Assembly: GCA_045803545.1 (NCBI GenBank)
Contig: JBJMOW010000004.1
Location: 1,024,001-1,088,000, forward strand
DNA from: Gemmatimonadaceae bacterium
GTDB taxonomy: Bacteria; Gemmatimonadota; Gemmatimonadetes; Gemmatimonadales; Gemmatimonadaceae
DNA length: 64,000 nt
Reading direction: 5' to 3'
Part shown: positions 19,120 through 28,452 of the stretch, piece after piece
Position numbering within the stretch: the first letter of the stretch is position 1
Layout: each line of letters opens with the position of its first letter
Program-made: the position numbers and the translations under genes
Notes under the pieces: model-generated
Seen by the model: only the letters and a program-made list of their open reading frames with translations
The model's database searches: none
What the model was told of the DNA's origin: nothing

Positions 19120-20436
19120 CTACTGTCCGATTGCCGCGTATGATGCGTCGAGCAAATCGACGGGGTGAATCGAGCGTGCGTTGATTTCCGCGCGTATCAA
19201 ACCGGCGCCGATCTGCATCAAACAACCTGGATTTCCGGTTGCCACCCACGGCGCGCGCGTGGCGCGGATGTTATCCAGCTTGGGCACCAGCACTGCGTCC
19301 GATGTCGCCGGTTCGATCAGATTGTAGATGCCGGCGCTGCCACAGCACTGGTCGGAATCGTGGAGCGGCACCAGCTCGAGACCGGGTATCGAAGCGAGCA
19401 TCGACAAAGGCGCTTGCGTCACCCGCTGGGCGTGCTGGAGGTGACACGGCGCATCGTATGTTACCCGAAGTGGCAGTGGACCGCCCGGACGCGGGCCTGC
19501 GTCGGCAAGCAATTCACTCACATCGCGCACGCGTTCGGCAACCGCAACCGCTCGCTCGTACCACTCAACGTCGTCGTGCAACAGGTGACCGTATTCTTTC
19601 ATGATCGCCCCACATCCGGCTGCATTGGAGACCACGTACTTCGCACCCGACTTTTCGAACGCAGCGATGTTCTTCTTCGCCAGAGCGCGCGCGCCCTCGA
19701 GATCACCAGCGTGAGCGTGCAAGGCGCCGCAGCATTGCTGGCCGCGCGCGGGAACGGACGCGTATCCGTTCACCGTCAGCACTCGCTCGGTCGCACGATT
19801 GGTGGAACTGAATAAACCATCCATCACGCAGCCGCGCAGCAGCGCGACTGTTCCATTCTCACCGCGAGTGACCGGATTGTAGGACGATCGTTCGATGGAC
19901 CGACCGGTCGACGCGAGCATCGCCATCGCAAATCCGAGCCGGCCTTTGATTCCGGACAGCAAAGTCGGAATTGGAGTAGCAGCGAGCAGTCGGGAGAAAA
20001 ACATCGCCGGTCTCAACAGCCATTCTCTGCCAAACACGAACAGAATGAGTCGCGCGATAAACGGCGTAGATTGATACTGGTTCAGTGTGGCGCGCGTTGC
20101 CTCGAGAAGTTGTCCGTAGGGCACGCCGCTCGGACACACCGGCTCGCACGCCCGACAACCAAGGCACTGATCGATATGCAGCTTGACCTCGGCATCAGTC
20201 GGGGCGACGGTGCCCTCCAACATTGAGCGCATCAGAAAAATTCTGCCCCGAGGACTGTCGTTTTCGTCTTCGAGATTCAGATACGTCGGACAAGCCTGCA
20301 GGCAGAAACCGCAATGCACACATGCATTAATGCCCGGCAGCGCCGCGGCGAGCGGAGTTCCGGGTAGCGCACAGCCAGGCATCGTATCGGGCGGCAACGG
20401 ATCGCGAGGTGGAGGAACGACTGGTAGCGCGGTCAA
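19120..20436 (-). CDS. glcF: Glycolate oxidase iron-sulfur subunit
   Basis: Two 4Fe-4S motifs (CVHCGFCLQAC, CLGCRACEPVC) and two CCG domains. The TTG start overlaps the glcE stop. Confidence 0.87.
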   Translation of the reverse strand: MTALPVVPPPRDPLPPDTMPGCALPGTPLAAALPGINACVHCGFCLQACPTYLNLEDENDSPRGRIFLMRSMLEGTVAPTDAEVKLHIDQCLGCRACEPVCPSGVPYGQLLEATRATLNQYQSTPFIARLILFVFGREWLLRPAMFFSRLLAATPIPTLLSGIKGRLGFAMAMLASTGRSIERSSYNPVTRGENGTVALLRGCVMDGLFSSTNRATERVLTVNGYASVPARGQQCCGALHAHAGDLEGARALAKKNIAAFEKSGAKYVVSNAAGCGAIMKEYGHLLHDDVEWYERAVAVAERVRDVSELLADAGPRPGGPLPLRVTYDAPCHLQHAQRVTQAPLSMLASIPGLELVPLHDSDQCCGSAGIYNLIEPATSDAVLVPKLDNIRATRAPWVATGNPGCLMQIGAGLIRAEINARSIHPVDLLDASYAAIGQ

Positions 20437-21563
20437 TTCAGATCGCCAAGGATGCCAGGATTCAAAATGTTGTGCGGGTCGTACGCCCTTTTGATGCCCT
20501 GCGACAATGGGTCCGCGACGACACTGCGCGACATCGCGGGCCACAGCTCGGCGGGCAGCTTCTCGAACGCGAGCTCGCTCGATTCGGTGCGTTCGATTCC
20601 GCTGGCTATCTCCTGCGACGAATCGCCGCCATCAATTGCACCAGCAACGACGCGAATCACGCCCCGTCTCGGGTCGATCGACGTGTAGACACCGCTGACA
20701 TCATCGCTGAGAATCTGCGCAGCGCTGGCAACGATTCGCTGAGGCAAGCTCGAGATTCGCAGCGATGTGTGCGATCCAGCTTCGAGCCCCCGCAAGGACA
20801 GCCAGTTGCTCGAGTCGATTTCCTGAGTGCTGGCTATCTGCGTCAGTCCAGCGGCCTGTGCTTTCACGGCGGCTGAATTGCCGCCAAAGCGGATCAAGCC
20901 AATCGCATCCTGGCCCAACTCGAGCGCGCGAGCGACCGAAGCGCTGACAAGCAGGAACGCAAAAGGACTCAATGGTGCGGCAACCAGCGCGCGCAGGAAC
21001 GCGGTCGTTTGCTTCTCGGATCCTCCGAGGTGAACGACGAACGTGCGATCCACTTCGGGTAGCGCGTAGAGTCGGAGTGTGACCTCGGTGATGACACCGA
21101 GTGACCCCCAGGATCCGGTCAACAATCTGGAGAGATCGAAACCGGCGACGTTTTTCACAACCTTGCCGCCGGCCCGCACTACTTCTCCGCGACCATTGAC
21201 GAACTCCAGTCCGAGCACGAGATCCCGCGGCAGTCCGAAGTTCGACGACAGGGGACCGGCCGACGCGGTGGCGATGGTCGCGCCAATGGTGCCGTCAGGC
21301 GAGCCGTACGCGTCGAGGGGGAGCCACTGCTTTTTTTCGCGGGTAGTTGCCTCGATGTCCGAAAGACGGGTGCCGGAGCGGACTGTGATGGTAAGATCAG
21401 CGGGCACGTACGCGGTGACACCCGCCTCATCACGAAGCGCCAGGGTATGCTGTGCGCGAACGGGACGTCCGGCGTCGAGCCAGCTGCCACCGCCCGCGAT
21501 TCTCAGCGGGGTCCTGCTGGCAAAACTCTCCCTCACTGAGCCCGCGATCGATTCAGTGCTCAC
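20433..21563 (-). CDS. glcE: Glycolate oxidase FAD-binding subunit
   Basis: GGKVVKNVAGFDL and GSWGSLGVI motifs. GTGA overlap with the glcD stop. Confidence 0.85.
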   Translation of the reverse strand: MSTESIAGSVRESFASRTPLRIAGGGSWLDAGRPVRAQHTLALRDEAGVTAYVPADLTITVRSGTRLSDIEATTREKKQWLPLDAYGSPDGTIGATIATASAGPLSSNFGLPRDLVLGLEFVNGRGEVVRAGGKVVKNVAGFDLSRLLTGSWGSLGVITEVTLRLYALPEVDRTFVVHLGGSEKQTTAFLRALVAAPLSPFAFLLVSASVARALELGQDAIGLIRFGGNSAAVKAQAAGLTQIASTQEIDSSNWLSLRGLEAGSHTSLRISSLPQRIVASAAQILSDDVSGVYTSIDPRRGVIRVVAGAIDGGDSSQEIASGIERTESSELAFEKLPAELWPAMSRSVVADPLSQGIKRAYDPHNILNPGILGDLN

Positions 21564-23074
21564 GCGACTGGACGCGAGGGCTCGGCCTCGAGTGGTGGTG
21601 ATGGTGTTTCGGCGCGACGCACTGCAGGCAGGCCTTGCCACTCTCGACACGAATGGACAGGTACGACCTTTCCGGGATTCGAACGGCGCTCGGGGTCGAA
21701 TACCGATCGCAACTCGCACATCGCGTTGAGCGATGTCTCGGGAAAGATCGATTCCATGTACCCCAACTTGTCGAGCCCGACGCCGTGTTCACCGGTGATG
21801 CTTCCGCCGGCATCGATGCACGCCTGCATGATCTCGCGCATCGCCTTATGCACTCGCTCGCTCTCAGCGGGATCGTCGGCGCTGTAGGCGATGTTGGGAT
21901 GCAGATTTCCGTCGCCGGCGTGGAAGACATTGCAGACAAGAACGCGATACTTCTCGCTGATGCGGTGAATCGTCTCGAGAATCTCCGGCAGTTTGGTGCG
22001 CGGAATCACGGCATCCTGCACGATGAGATGCGGAGCGAGACGGCCCATCGCGCCGAATGCTTTCTTGCGTCCCTGCCATAGCTTCATGCGCTCGGCGTCA
22101 TCCCGCGCGACGCGTACGTTCCGCGCGCCGCCGCTGGCGCAAATGCGACGAACGGTCTCGAGGTCCGCGATCACCCCGGCTTCGAGCCCATCGAGCTCGA
22201 TCAGGAGAATCGCTTCGGCGTCGCGTGGATAACCGGCGGCGTAGATCGAATCTTCAACGACGCGGATGGTGGGACCATCCATGAACTCGAGTGCGGCGGG
22301 AACGACCCCCGATGCGATCACCGCCGACGTAACCTGGGCCGCCTCGTTGACCGACATGAAATCGGCGAGGATGGTGCGAACGGTCTGCGGCTTGGGCGTG
22401 AGCTTGACGGTCACATCCAGCGCGAGACCGAAGCATCCTTCCGATCCAATGAACGAGCCGCGCAAATCGTAGCCGTCTTTCTCGCCAACCTTGCTGCCCA
22501 GCTCGACGATCTCTCCGCTCGGCAAAACGACCGTCAGCGCGAGGACGTGATTGAGGGTGACGCCGTACTTGAGGCAGTGCGGGCCACCGGCGTTCTCGGC
22601 GACGTTCCCGCCGATCGTGCAAGCTGATTCACTCGACGGGTCGGGTGCGTAGAGCAGTCCCTGCGCTGCGACGTGACGATTGAGCTTGAGGTTGACGACA
22701 CCGGGTTCCACGAGTGCGCGTCGATTCTCGACGTCGACGGAGATGATTTTCTTCAGGCGGTGCAGTCCAACGACGACGATATCGTCTGCCAGTGCACCGC
22801 CGGATAAACCGGTGCCTGCGCCGCGGGGAACGAACGGCACTTTTCCCGCCGCGAGCAAACGCACGACTGCGATCGCTTCGTCGCGTGTGCCAGGAAAAAC
22901 TGCCAGTTTCGGCTGTCGCCGGTAGCCCGGCAATCCATCGGAGTTGTACACGAGCAGCTCGCTCGGCCGACTCAGGACGTGCCGTGATCCAACGATCTCG
23001 GCGAGATCTGCCGCGAGATCGGAAGGCGACAGGGATTCAACAGGTGACTCCGCGCGATTGGCGGGCTGGGTCAT
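21560..23074 (-). CDS. glcD: Glycolate oxidase subunit GlcD (FAD-linked)
   Basis: PRGAGTGLSGG, PDPSS, NAGGPHCLKYG, HAGDGNLH and GEHGVG motifs. Confidence 0.88.
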   Translation of the reverse strand: MTQPANRAESPVESLSPSDLAADLAEIVGSRHVLSRPSELLVYNSDGLPGYRRQPKLAVFPGTRDEAIAVVRLLAAGKVPFVPRGAGTGLSGGALADDIVVVGLHRLKKIISVDVENRRALVEPGVVNLKLNRHVAAQGLLYAPDPSSESACTIGGNVAENAGGPHCLKYGVTLNHVLALTVVLPSGEIVELGSKVGEKDGYDLRGSFIGSEGCFGLALDVTVKLTPKPQTVRTILADFMSVNEAAQVTSAVIASGVVPAALEFMDGPTIRVVEDSIYAAGYPRDAEAILLIELDGLEAGVIADLETVRRICASGGARNVRVARDDAERMKLWQGRKKAFGAMGRLAPHLIVQDAVIPRTKLPEILETIHRISEKYRVLVCNVFHAGDGNLHPNIAYSADDPAESERVHKAMREIMQACIDAGGSITGEHGVGLDKLGYMESIFPETSLNAMCELRSVFDPERRSNPGKVVPVHSCREWQGLPAVRRAETPSPPLEAEPSRPVA

Positions 23075-23087
23075 CCGTTGAATTTAG

Positions 23088-24011
23088 CTATTCGTCCTCC
23101 TCCGGCGACGCAACCACCAGCCGCAGCGCGTCTCGATCGATACGGTATTCGAGAGGTGTCTTCATGCGCTTAAGCTCTCCGTCCAGCCCGACCGTCGTTT
23201 GTGGCCGGTTCAAATCGATCTGGCATTTGTCGACCAGAAAATTCTCGAACTCCGGTAGCTTCGCCGCCTCCTTCGTTCCGCGGGCAAGCGCAGCCATTCC
23301 CAGCGTGAACAGCCTGGCCTTCTTGCGGCCGCGAATAATCATCACGTGCAAGCCGCGTCTGCCATTTGCGACTCGATTTCCGAAGGTGGGCATTTTGAGC
23401 TCGCGCTCGCCAACGCCAATGAATACGAGAGATGTGCGAAACGTTCTCGCTTTGCCTTCAACCTCGAATGTGACGCTGAATGTGCGGAGGTCTTTGAGCG
23501 TCATCACACCGGCGAAAACGCTGGCAATCGTATATCCAAACCGCTTCTCGAGCCTTTCTCGATCGCGAACGAACGTCACATAGGCGCCAATGGAGCTGGT
23601 GTTGAGGAAAACACAGTCGTTGACGTAGCCAATGTCGGCTCCGACGACTTCGCCGGCACCGGCGGCGATTGCTGCCTTACCGAGGTCGGTCGGAATGTTG
23701 TGATCCTTGGCGAAGTGATTGAGGGTTCCGCCCGGCAGGATGGCGAGTTGAGTTTCACTCCTGGCGACCAGCGACGCCGCGGTAGCGATGGTTCCGTCAC
23801 CCCCGGCAACCAGGATGCGTTCGATGCCGCCGGCGATCGCTGTCTTGAGCTTTGATTCCATGTCGCCGGGCTCGACGACCTCTAAATCGTAGCCGACTGT
23901 CTCCAGCGCCTCACGCGCCTTATCCGCGTTGCCGCACTTGGCGTTGAGGAAAGCCTTTAGAGCGCGAGGCGGGCGGCGAGAGGCGGGAGGCGGTGTAGTG
24001 GATAGAGACAC
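23088..24011 (-). CDS. Diacylglycerol kinase family lipid kinase
   Basis: AGGDGT, LPGGTLNHFA and DGE motifs. GTG 24011 is chosen because the longer ORF crosses a terminator. Confidence 0.82.
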   Translation of the reverse strand: MSLSTTPPPASRRPPRALKAFLNAKCGNADKAREALETVGYDLEVVEPGDMESKLKTAIAGGIERILVAGGDGTIATAASLVARSETQLAILPGGTLNHFAKDHNIPTDLGKAAIAAGAGEVVGADIGYVNDCVFLNTSSIGAYVTFVRDRERLEKRFGYTIASVFAGVMTLKDLRTFSVTFEVEGKARTFRTSLVFIGVGERELKMPTFGNRVANGRRGLHVMIIRGRKKARLFTLGMAALARGTKEAAKLPEFENFLVDKCQIDLNRPQTTVGLDGELKRMKTPLEYRIDRDALRLVVASPEEDE

Positions 24012-24026
24012 GAGAGATGCTCCATA

Positions 24027-24060
24027 CAAGAAAGACGCCGACCCAATTTGAGTCGGCGTC
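24027..24060 (-). terminator. Intrinsic terminator after the sigma factor gene
   Basis: Minus strand gacgccgac-tcaaattgg-gtcggcgtc-tttcttg. Confidence 0.75.
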
Positions 24061-24114
24061 ATCTTACTGCTGTTTCGCTTTGCGCCTCTCGCCTCCCGCC
24101 TCCCTCCTACCGCT

Positions 24115-25002
24115 CTAACTCCAGAATCCCGCGAGGGCCGAGCCGTCCGGTGATTCGCGCAATTTCTCGAAAGCGCGCTCGCGGATCTGTCTGATTCGCT
24201 CGCGCGTGACCCCCATCAGTGCGCCGATCTTCTCGAGCGTCATGGCGTCTGAGCCCTGTTCCAGGCCGTAGTACAAGTGAAGGATCTTCCTTTCGCGTGG
24301 CGTCAGGTACTTCCTGAAGACGCGGTCGATGAACTCGCGCATCAAGTGGAAGTCGGTGACATCCTCGATCTCGCCACCATCCACACCGGCGAACCGTTCA
24401 CCGAGCGTGCACGCCTCGCGATCCGAGCGATCGATCGGCGCGTCGAGCGAGATCTCGGTCGCCGACATCTGCTTGGCGCTGCGGACAGCGTCCGGAGTCT
24501 CCTCCAGCAGTCGGCCGATTTCGTTGTCAGTTGGATCGCGCTTGAGAACCTGGGAGAGAACTGTCTGGGCGCGGGCGAGTCTGATTAGCTGGGAATTCTG
24601 GTTGAGCGGGATCCTCACGCTCCGGGTCTGCTCTGCCAATGCCTTCAGGACGGCTTGCCGCACCCACCACACTGCGTAACTGATGAATTTGACGCCCTGA
24701 TCCGGATCGAACTTTCTTACCGCTTTGAGCAACCCTTCGTTACCGATCGCTACGAGCTCACCGAGGTCGAGTCCGTGGCCCTGATACTTCTTCACATACG
24801 AGATAACGAATCGAAGGTTGGCGGTGACCAGCCGCTCTGCTGCTTTCTCGTCTCCCGCTTGCGCGCGTCGCGCAAGTCGACGCTCTTCTTCAGCGTCGGT
24901 AATAAGTGGGAGCTTCTGGATGTCCTGGAGGTACTGGTCGAAAGCGGTGGAGGGGGAAGAACGGAAGAAACCTTTGGATCTACTTTCGCCCGTAGTCTGC
25001 AT
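24115..25002 (-). CDS. RpoD/SigA-family sigma-70 factor lacking region 1.1 (alternative, group 2-like)
   Basis: Region 1.2 (FDQYLQDI), 2.1 (ANLRFV), 2.3 (KFISYAVWWVRQ) and 4.2 (GVTRERIRQI). AAGGGG RBS before ATG 25002. Confidence 0.9.
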   Translation of the reverse strand: MQTTGESRSKGFFRSSPSTAFDQYLQDIQKLPLITDAEEERRLARRAQAGDEKAAERLVTANLRFVISYVKKYQGHGLDLGELVAIGNEGLLKAVRKFDPDQGVKFISYAVWWVRQAVLKALAEQTRSVRIPLNQNSQLIRLARAQTVLSQVLKRDPTDNEIGRLLEETPDAVRSAKQMSATEISLDAPIDRSDREACTLGERFAGVDGGEIEDVTDFHLMREFIDRVFRKYLTPRERKILHLYYGLEQGSDAMTLEKIGALMGVTRERIRQIRERAFEKLRESPDGSALAGFWS

Positions 25003-25070
25003 AAGCCCCTTGGTAGAGACACTATGGACGGGCGTACCTGGGTGGCGCGCCCGGCTTTCGGTGGACGCGC

Positions 25071-25100
25071 ACATTAACAATCGGAATGCTCAGCAGTCAA
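25071..25100 (-). promoter_or_regulatory. Promoter of the sigma factor gene
   Basis: Minus strand TTGACT, 18-nt spacer, then (TGt)TAATGT extended -10. Confidence 0.55.
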
Positions 25101-25171
25101 CAGCCATGTTTCATGCCACAAACATGACAGCTATTTTTTGGGGTTTCTTCGGGGGAAACCCTCAAACCACA

Positions 25172-25357
25172 TCAGGCTGGAGGTGCCGGCGGATCCTTGG
25201 TCTTCGTTCTGGTGGTTGCAGTGACGATCGCAATTCCGATCAGGATGATCGCGCCAACGATCACCCAGGTCTGGGAAACGCCGAGCAGAACCGCCGCGAT
25301 CGCCAAGCCGATGATGAGGACGATAAATCCGATCAGATAGGTGCTGAACGAGGACAT
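25172..25357 (-). CDS. Small two-TM membrane protein
   Basis: 61 aa with two hydrophobic helices and a basic/Pro tail. Confidence 0.7.
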   Translation of the reverse strand: MSSFSTYLIGFIVLIIGLAIAAVLLGVSQTWVIVGAIILIGIAIVTATTRTKTKDPPAPPA

Positions 25358-25413
25358 GGTTGTCTCGGGTTCGAGTCAGCGGGTGGGGTCGCAATCAGTG
25401 TACCAAGGCTCGA

Positions 25414-25587
25414 CTGCGGGATGCGAGCTAACTGATCGGTCCGAACTGCGAGCTGATTACGAGATGCGAGCTAACTGCGAGATGAGGGCGATGCGAGCTG
25501 ACTGGAGGGCTAGCCCTCAACTCGTAACTAGCTCGCATCTCGCATCTGATCGCAGCCCGCAACAATCAGTTGGCTCGCACCCCGCAG
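25414..25587. repeat. Palindromic repeat element built from 18-mer units (copy 1)
   Basis: Arms ctgcgggatgcgagctaactgat and atcagttggctcgcaccccgcag are complementary at 21 of 23 positions. Internal units resemble ATGCGAGCTAACTGCGAG. Confidence 0.8.
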
Positions 25588-25589
25588 CC

Positions 25590-26399
25590 TTACCGCTTGG
25601 CGATGCCGTCCCAGCGAGTCGGAACGAGAGTGTCGTTCGGCACGGTCTCGACTTCACGCGCGACCAGGATCGCGCTCCCCCAATGACGGCCGAAGCGGGC
25701 GGCTTCTCTGCAGTCCGGATTCCAGATGTCGAGCGTAGCGCCGAGCACATTGCCGCCGGTGTCGTCGACCAGGTAACGACCGAGGTACTCGTCGCCGAGG
25801 AAGACTTCGACGTAACGCGCGAGCGGGAAAATGCGCGGGTCGGCGGCGACGATGCCGTGACGGGTCTGCCGTCCGCGGCGAGTTTCACCCTGTACGCAGT
25901 ACTGGGTGAGCGACACGGGAATGGTGATTCCGTCCTGGGCCCGTGCGAATTTCGAAGGAATCAGCGGCAGGATTCCCTTCTTCATCTTGATCGCTTCGTG
26001 CGCGGTGGCCCGCACGACATTGCGCGGAATCGACTCGACGCCTCTCGCGATCGGCTTAGTGACTGCAGCGGTCGCGCGTGCAACTTTCACGGTCGCCGAC
26101 GGGACTGCCTTGGCGAGAGTCGCCACGGCGCGCATCGGGGCGGTGAGCATGCCCGCTTCGCTGTGCACGCCTTCGATGTCCGCCAGGATCTGCGGCTCGA
26201 GAGGCGGCAAGGAGGCCGGAGTAATCTCGCTGGCGGCTTCTACCGGCGAGAGCGACGGCAAGGCGATGGCGCCGGTTGCCACCAGGGCGACCGCGAGGGT
26301 GACTGCCGAGATGGTGCGAGCGATGTCCGCGCGCGACCGCGCCGGGCTACCAGAGGCCGGCACTTCATAGGTACCGCGAGAGACATTGCTGTTTTTCAT
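25590..26399 (-). CDS. 3D (Asp-Asp-Asp) domain protein, cell-wall associated
   Basis: N-terminal hydrophobic anchor and C-terminal VAADP...DDTGG...LDIW. Confidence 0.8.
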   Translation of the reverse strand: MKNSNVSRGTYEVPASGSPARSRADIARTISAVTLAVALVATGAIALPSLSPVEAASEITPASLPPLEPQILADIEGVHSEAGMLTAPMRAVATLAKAVPSATVKVARATAAVTKPIARGVESIPRNVVRATAHEAIKMKKGILPLIPSKFARAQDGITIPVSLTQYCVQGETRRGRQTRHGIVAADPRIFPLARYVEVFLGDEYLGRYLVDDTGGNVLGATLDIWNPDCREAARFGRHWGSAILVAREVETVPNDTLVPTRWDGIAKR

Positions 26400-27514
26400 G
26401 CAAGCACCTCCCGTAGCTGATCGTTACTTACCGAAACCGTCCACCCTGATTCCTCTCCCGCCATGCTGCCGACGCGTCTAGGTAAGGCAAACCTTGTCTT
26501 ACCGCCCCGCGCTTTCTTATCCGACCCCATCGCGGCGATAACCGCATCCGACTCACAGGAGTCGGGCAAAGTCGTCGGGAGGCTGAAGGCCCGGAGCGCG
26601 CCAACAATGGCATCCGCGGTCCCCGGTTCGGCGACTCCCAGCCTTTCGGCGAGTCGCGCCTCCAACGCCATCCCTACCGCGATCGCTTCTCCGTGAAGGA
26701 GAGTGTAGCCACTAACGAGCTCGATCGCGTGGCCGATGGTATGGCCAAAATTCAGAGTTTTTCGAAGGCCTTCCTCCCGTTCATCACGTGAGACAACTGC
26801 GGCCTTGATCTCAATACTATGGACGATGGCGGCGAGCATGCTGTCACTCGTCGGACCGTCCTTCGCCAGCAGCTTTTTGGCGCCGCCGACGACCGTACGA
26901 AGATAAGCCTCGTCGGCGATTACGCCATGCTTGATAACCTCTGCAAATCCCGCACGCATCTCGTTAAGTGGAAGCGTGGCAAGGACTTGCGGGTCCACAA
27001 TTATTGCGGCTGGGTGGTGAAAAACGCCGACCAGGTTCTTGCCAGCGGGGGTGTCGACAGCCGTTTTCCCCCCGATCGCTGAATCCACCATCGCCATCAG
27101 GCTGGTGGGGACCTGAACGATGGGTATACCGCGCATAAAAGTGGCTGCGAGGAACCCAGCGAGGTCGCCCACGACGCCTCCGCCAAGTGCGATGACGGCG
27201 GAATCGCGGCCGAATCCGCGGACCAGCAATTGGTCGGTCAGGCTGCCCCAGGTATCCCGGGTCTTGTTCGACTCGCCGGGGGCGATCGTCAGTACGTCGA
27301 CTTTGTCCCGGTTGAACGCTTTTTTGACCTGGGAGGCGTAGATGGGGCCGACGTTCGCGTCGGTGACGATCGCGTAGCGATGGGCCGGCGCGACCTCCTT
27401 TGCGATTGCCGCAACGTGGGAGATCAAACCGGGCGCGACCCTGATCGACGACGCACCGAGCGCGATCCGCTGATGGGCGGGTAGCGCGGGCGTAGGAGGT
27501 GTTTTGGCTACCAG
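26396..27514 (-). CDS. aroB: 3-dehydroquinate synthase (probable CTG start at 27514)
   Basis: GGGVVGD, PTSLMAMVDSAIGGKT, AEVIKHG, LNFGHTIGHAIE and HGEA motifs. Confidence 0.92.
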   Translation of the reverse strand: MVAKTPPTPALPAHQRIALGASSIRVAPGLISHVAAIAKEVAPAHRYAIVTDANVGPIYASQVKKAFNRDKVDVLTIAPGESNKTRDTWGSLTDQLLVRGFGRDSAVIALGGGVVGDLAGFLAATFMRGIPIVQVPTSLMAMVDSAIGGKTAVDTPAGKNLVGVFHHPAAIIVDPQVLATLPLNEMRAGFAEVIKHGVIADEAYLRTVVGGAKKLLAKDGPTSDSMLAAIVHSIEIKAAVVSRDEREEGLRKTLNFGHTIGHAIELVSGYTLLHGEAIAVGMALEARLAERLGVAEPGTADAIVGALRAFSLPTTLPDSCESDAVIAAMGSDKKARGGKTRFALPRRVGSMAGEESGWTVSVSNDQLREVLA

Positions 27515-28053
27515 GTTACTTCACCCGCGCCGCTGAGTACGTTGGCGAGCCGCGCCAGAGTGAAGAGCAGATCGGATAGCCGATTCAGATAGACGACGAC
27601 GATTTGTGGTATCTCCACCTCGCGCTGCAGCCCGACCACCTTGCGCTCGGCGCGGCGGCAAACCGTTCGCGCGACGTGAAGCATCGCGCCCTTCTTGCTG
27701 CCGCCGGGAATGATGAAAGCCTTGAGCGGCTCGAGGTCGCGGTCCGAGTCGTCTATCGCCTGTTCCAGCTCCCCGATGCGGCGGTCATCGATGTTTGCCT
27801 TGGCGAGGTGCTTGTGCATTTTGTCGAGATCCGGCGTCGCCAGCAGCGCTCCGATGCTGAAGAGATCGCGCTGCATAGGAACAAGGATCTCATCGATGCG
27901 GGGCAGCGATTCGATGGCGCGGGCCATTCCGATTACGGCGTTGAGCTCGTCTACATCTCCATACGCTTCGACCCGGGGATCATCCTTCGGAACTCGGCCG
28001 CCGCCGAAGAGGCCGGTATCGCCGGCATCGCCCGTTTTTGTGTAGATCTTCAT
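27508..28053 (-). CDS. pduO: PduO-type ATP:cob(I)alamin adenosyltransferase
   Basis: KIYTKTGDxG, YGDVDELN, RTVCRRAER and YLNRLSD motifs. Confidence 0.9.
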   Translation of the reverse strand: MKIYTKTGDAGDTGLFGGGRVPKDDPRVEAYGDVDELNAVIGMARAIESLPRIDEILVPMQRDLFSIGALLATPDLDKMHKHLAKANIDDRRIGELEQAIDDSDRDLEPLKAFIIPGGSKKGAMLHVARTVCRRAERKVVGLQREVEIPQIVVVYLNRLSDLLFTLARLANVLSGAGEVTW

Positions 28054-28104
28054 CGCGACCAAATCTATGCTGTTCGGTGCGCTCGCATTGACGCACTATT
28101 CGGC

Positions 28105-28365
28105 ATGTCGCGTACAGATAATGGCGCCCCGGACGACGAGGACCTGGATACTGAATTTCCGCTCGGTGACGGCACGGCTGAGACAACGGCCAGCGTCCAC
28201 TGTCCCTATTGCAACGAGGTCGTGGAGATCGCGATCGATCCCGGCGGCGGGCCATCGCAACAGTACGTTGAGGACTGCGAGGTATGTTGCCAACCGTGGA
28301 CGGTCAACCTCCACTACAGCGGAGATGGATCGGCGCAGGTGAGTTTGACCCCACTCGATCAATAG
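28105..28365 (+). CDS. CPXCG-motif cysteine-rich small protein
   Basis: CPYC...QQYVEDCEVCCQP. Confidence 0.8.
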   Translation: MSRTDNGAPDDEDLDTEFPLGDGTAETTASVHCPYCNEVVEIAIDPGGGPSQQYVEDCEVCCQPWTVNLHYSGDGSAQVSLTPLDQ

Positions 28366-28452
28366 CTTCACCGCTCGTTCTGAATGCGGAGAAACGAAAG
28401 GTTTCACCGCCAGGTTCGCGCATCTGCCTACTATATATTTCGGGTCAGAGAG

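Noticed and set aside
25103..25118. Sigma-54 promoter (TGGCAT...) upstream of the sigma gene
   Set aside because: The -12 GC is not at the required spacing.
25341..26420. 359-aa plus-strand ORF
   Set aside because: It is the antisense shadow of the 3D-domain gene plus the repeat element, with no recognisable motifs.
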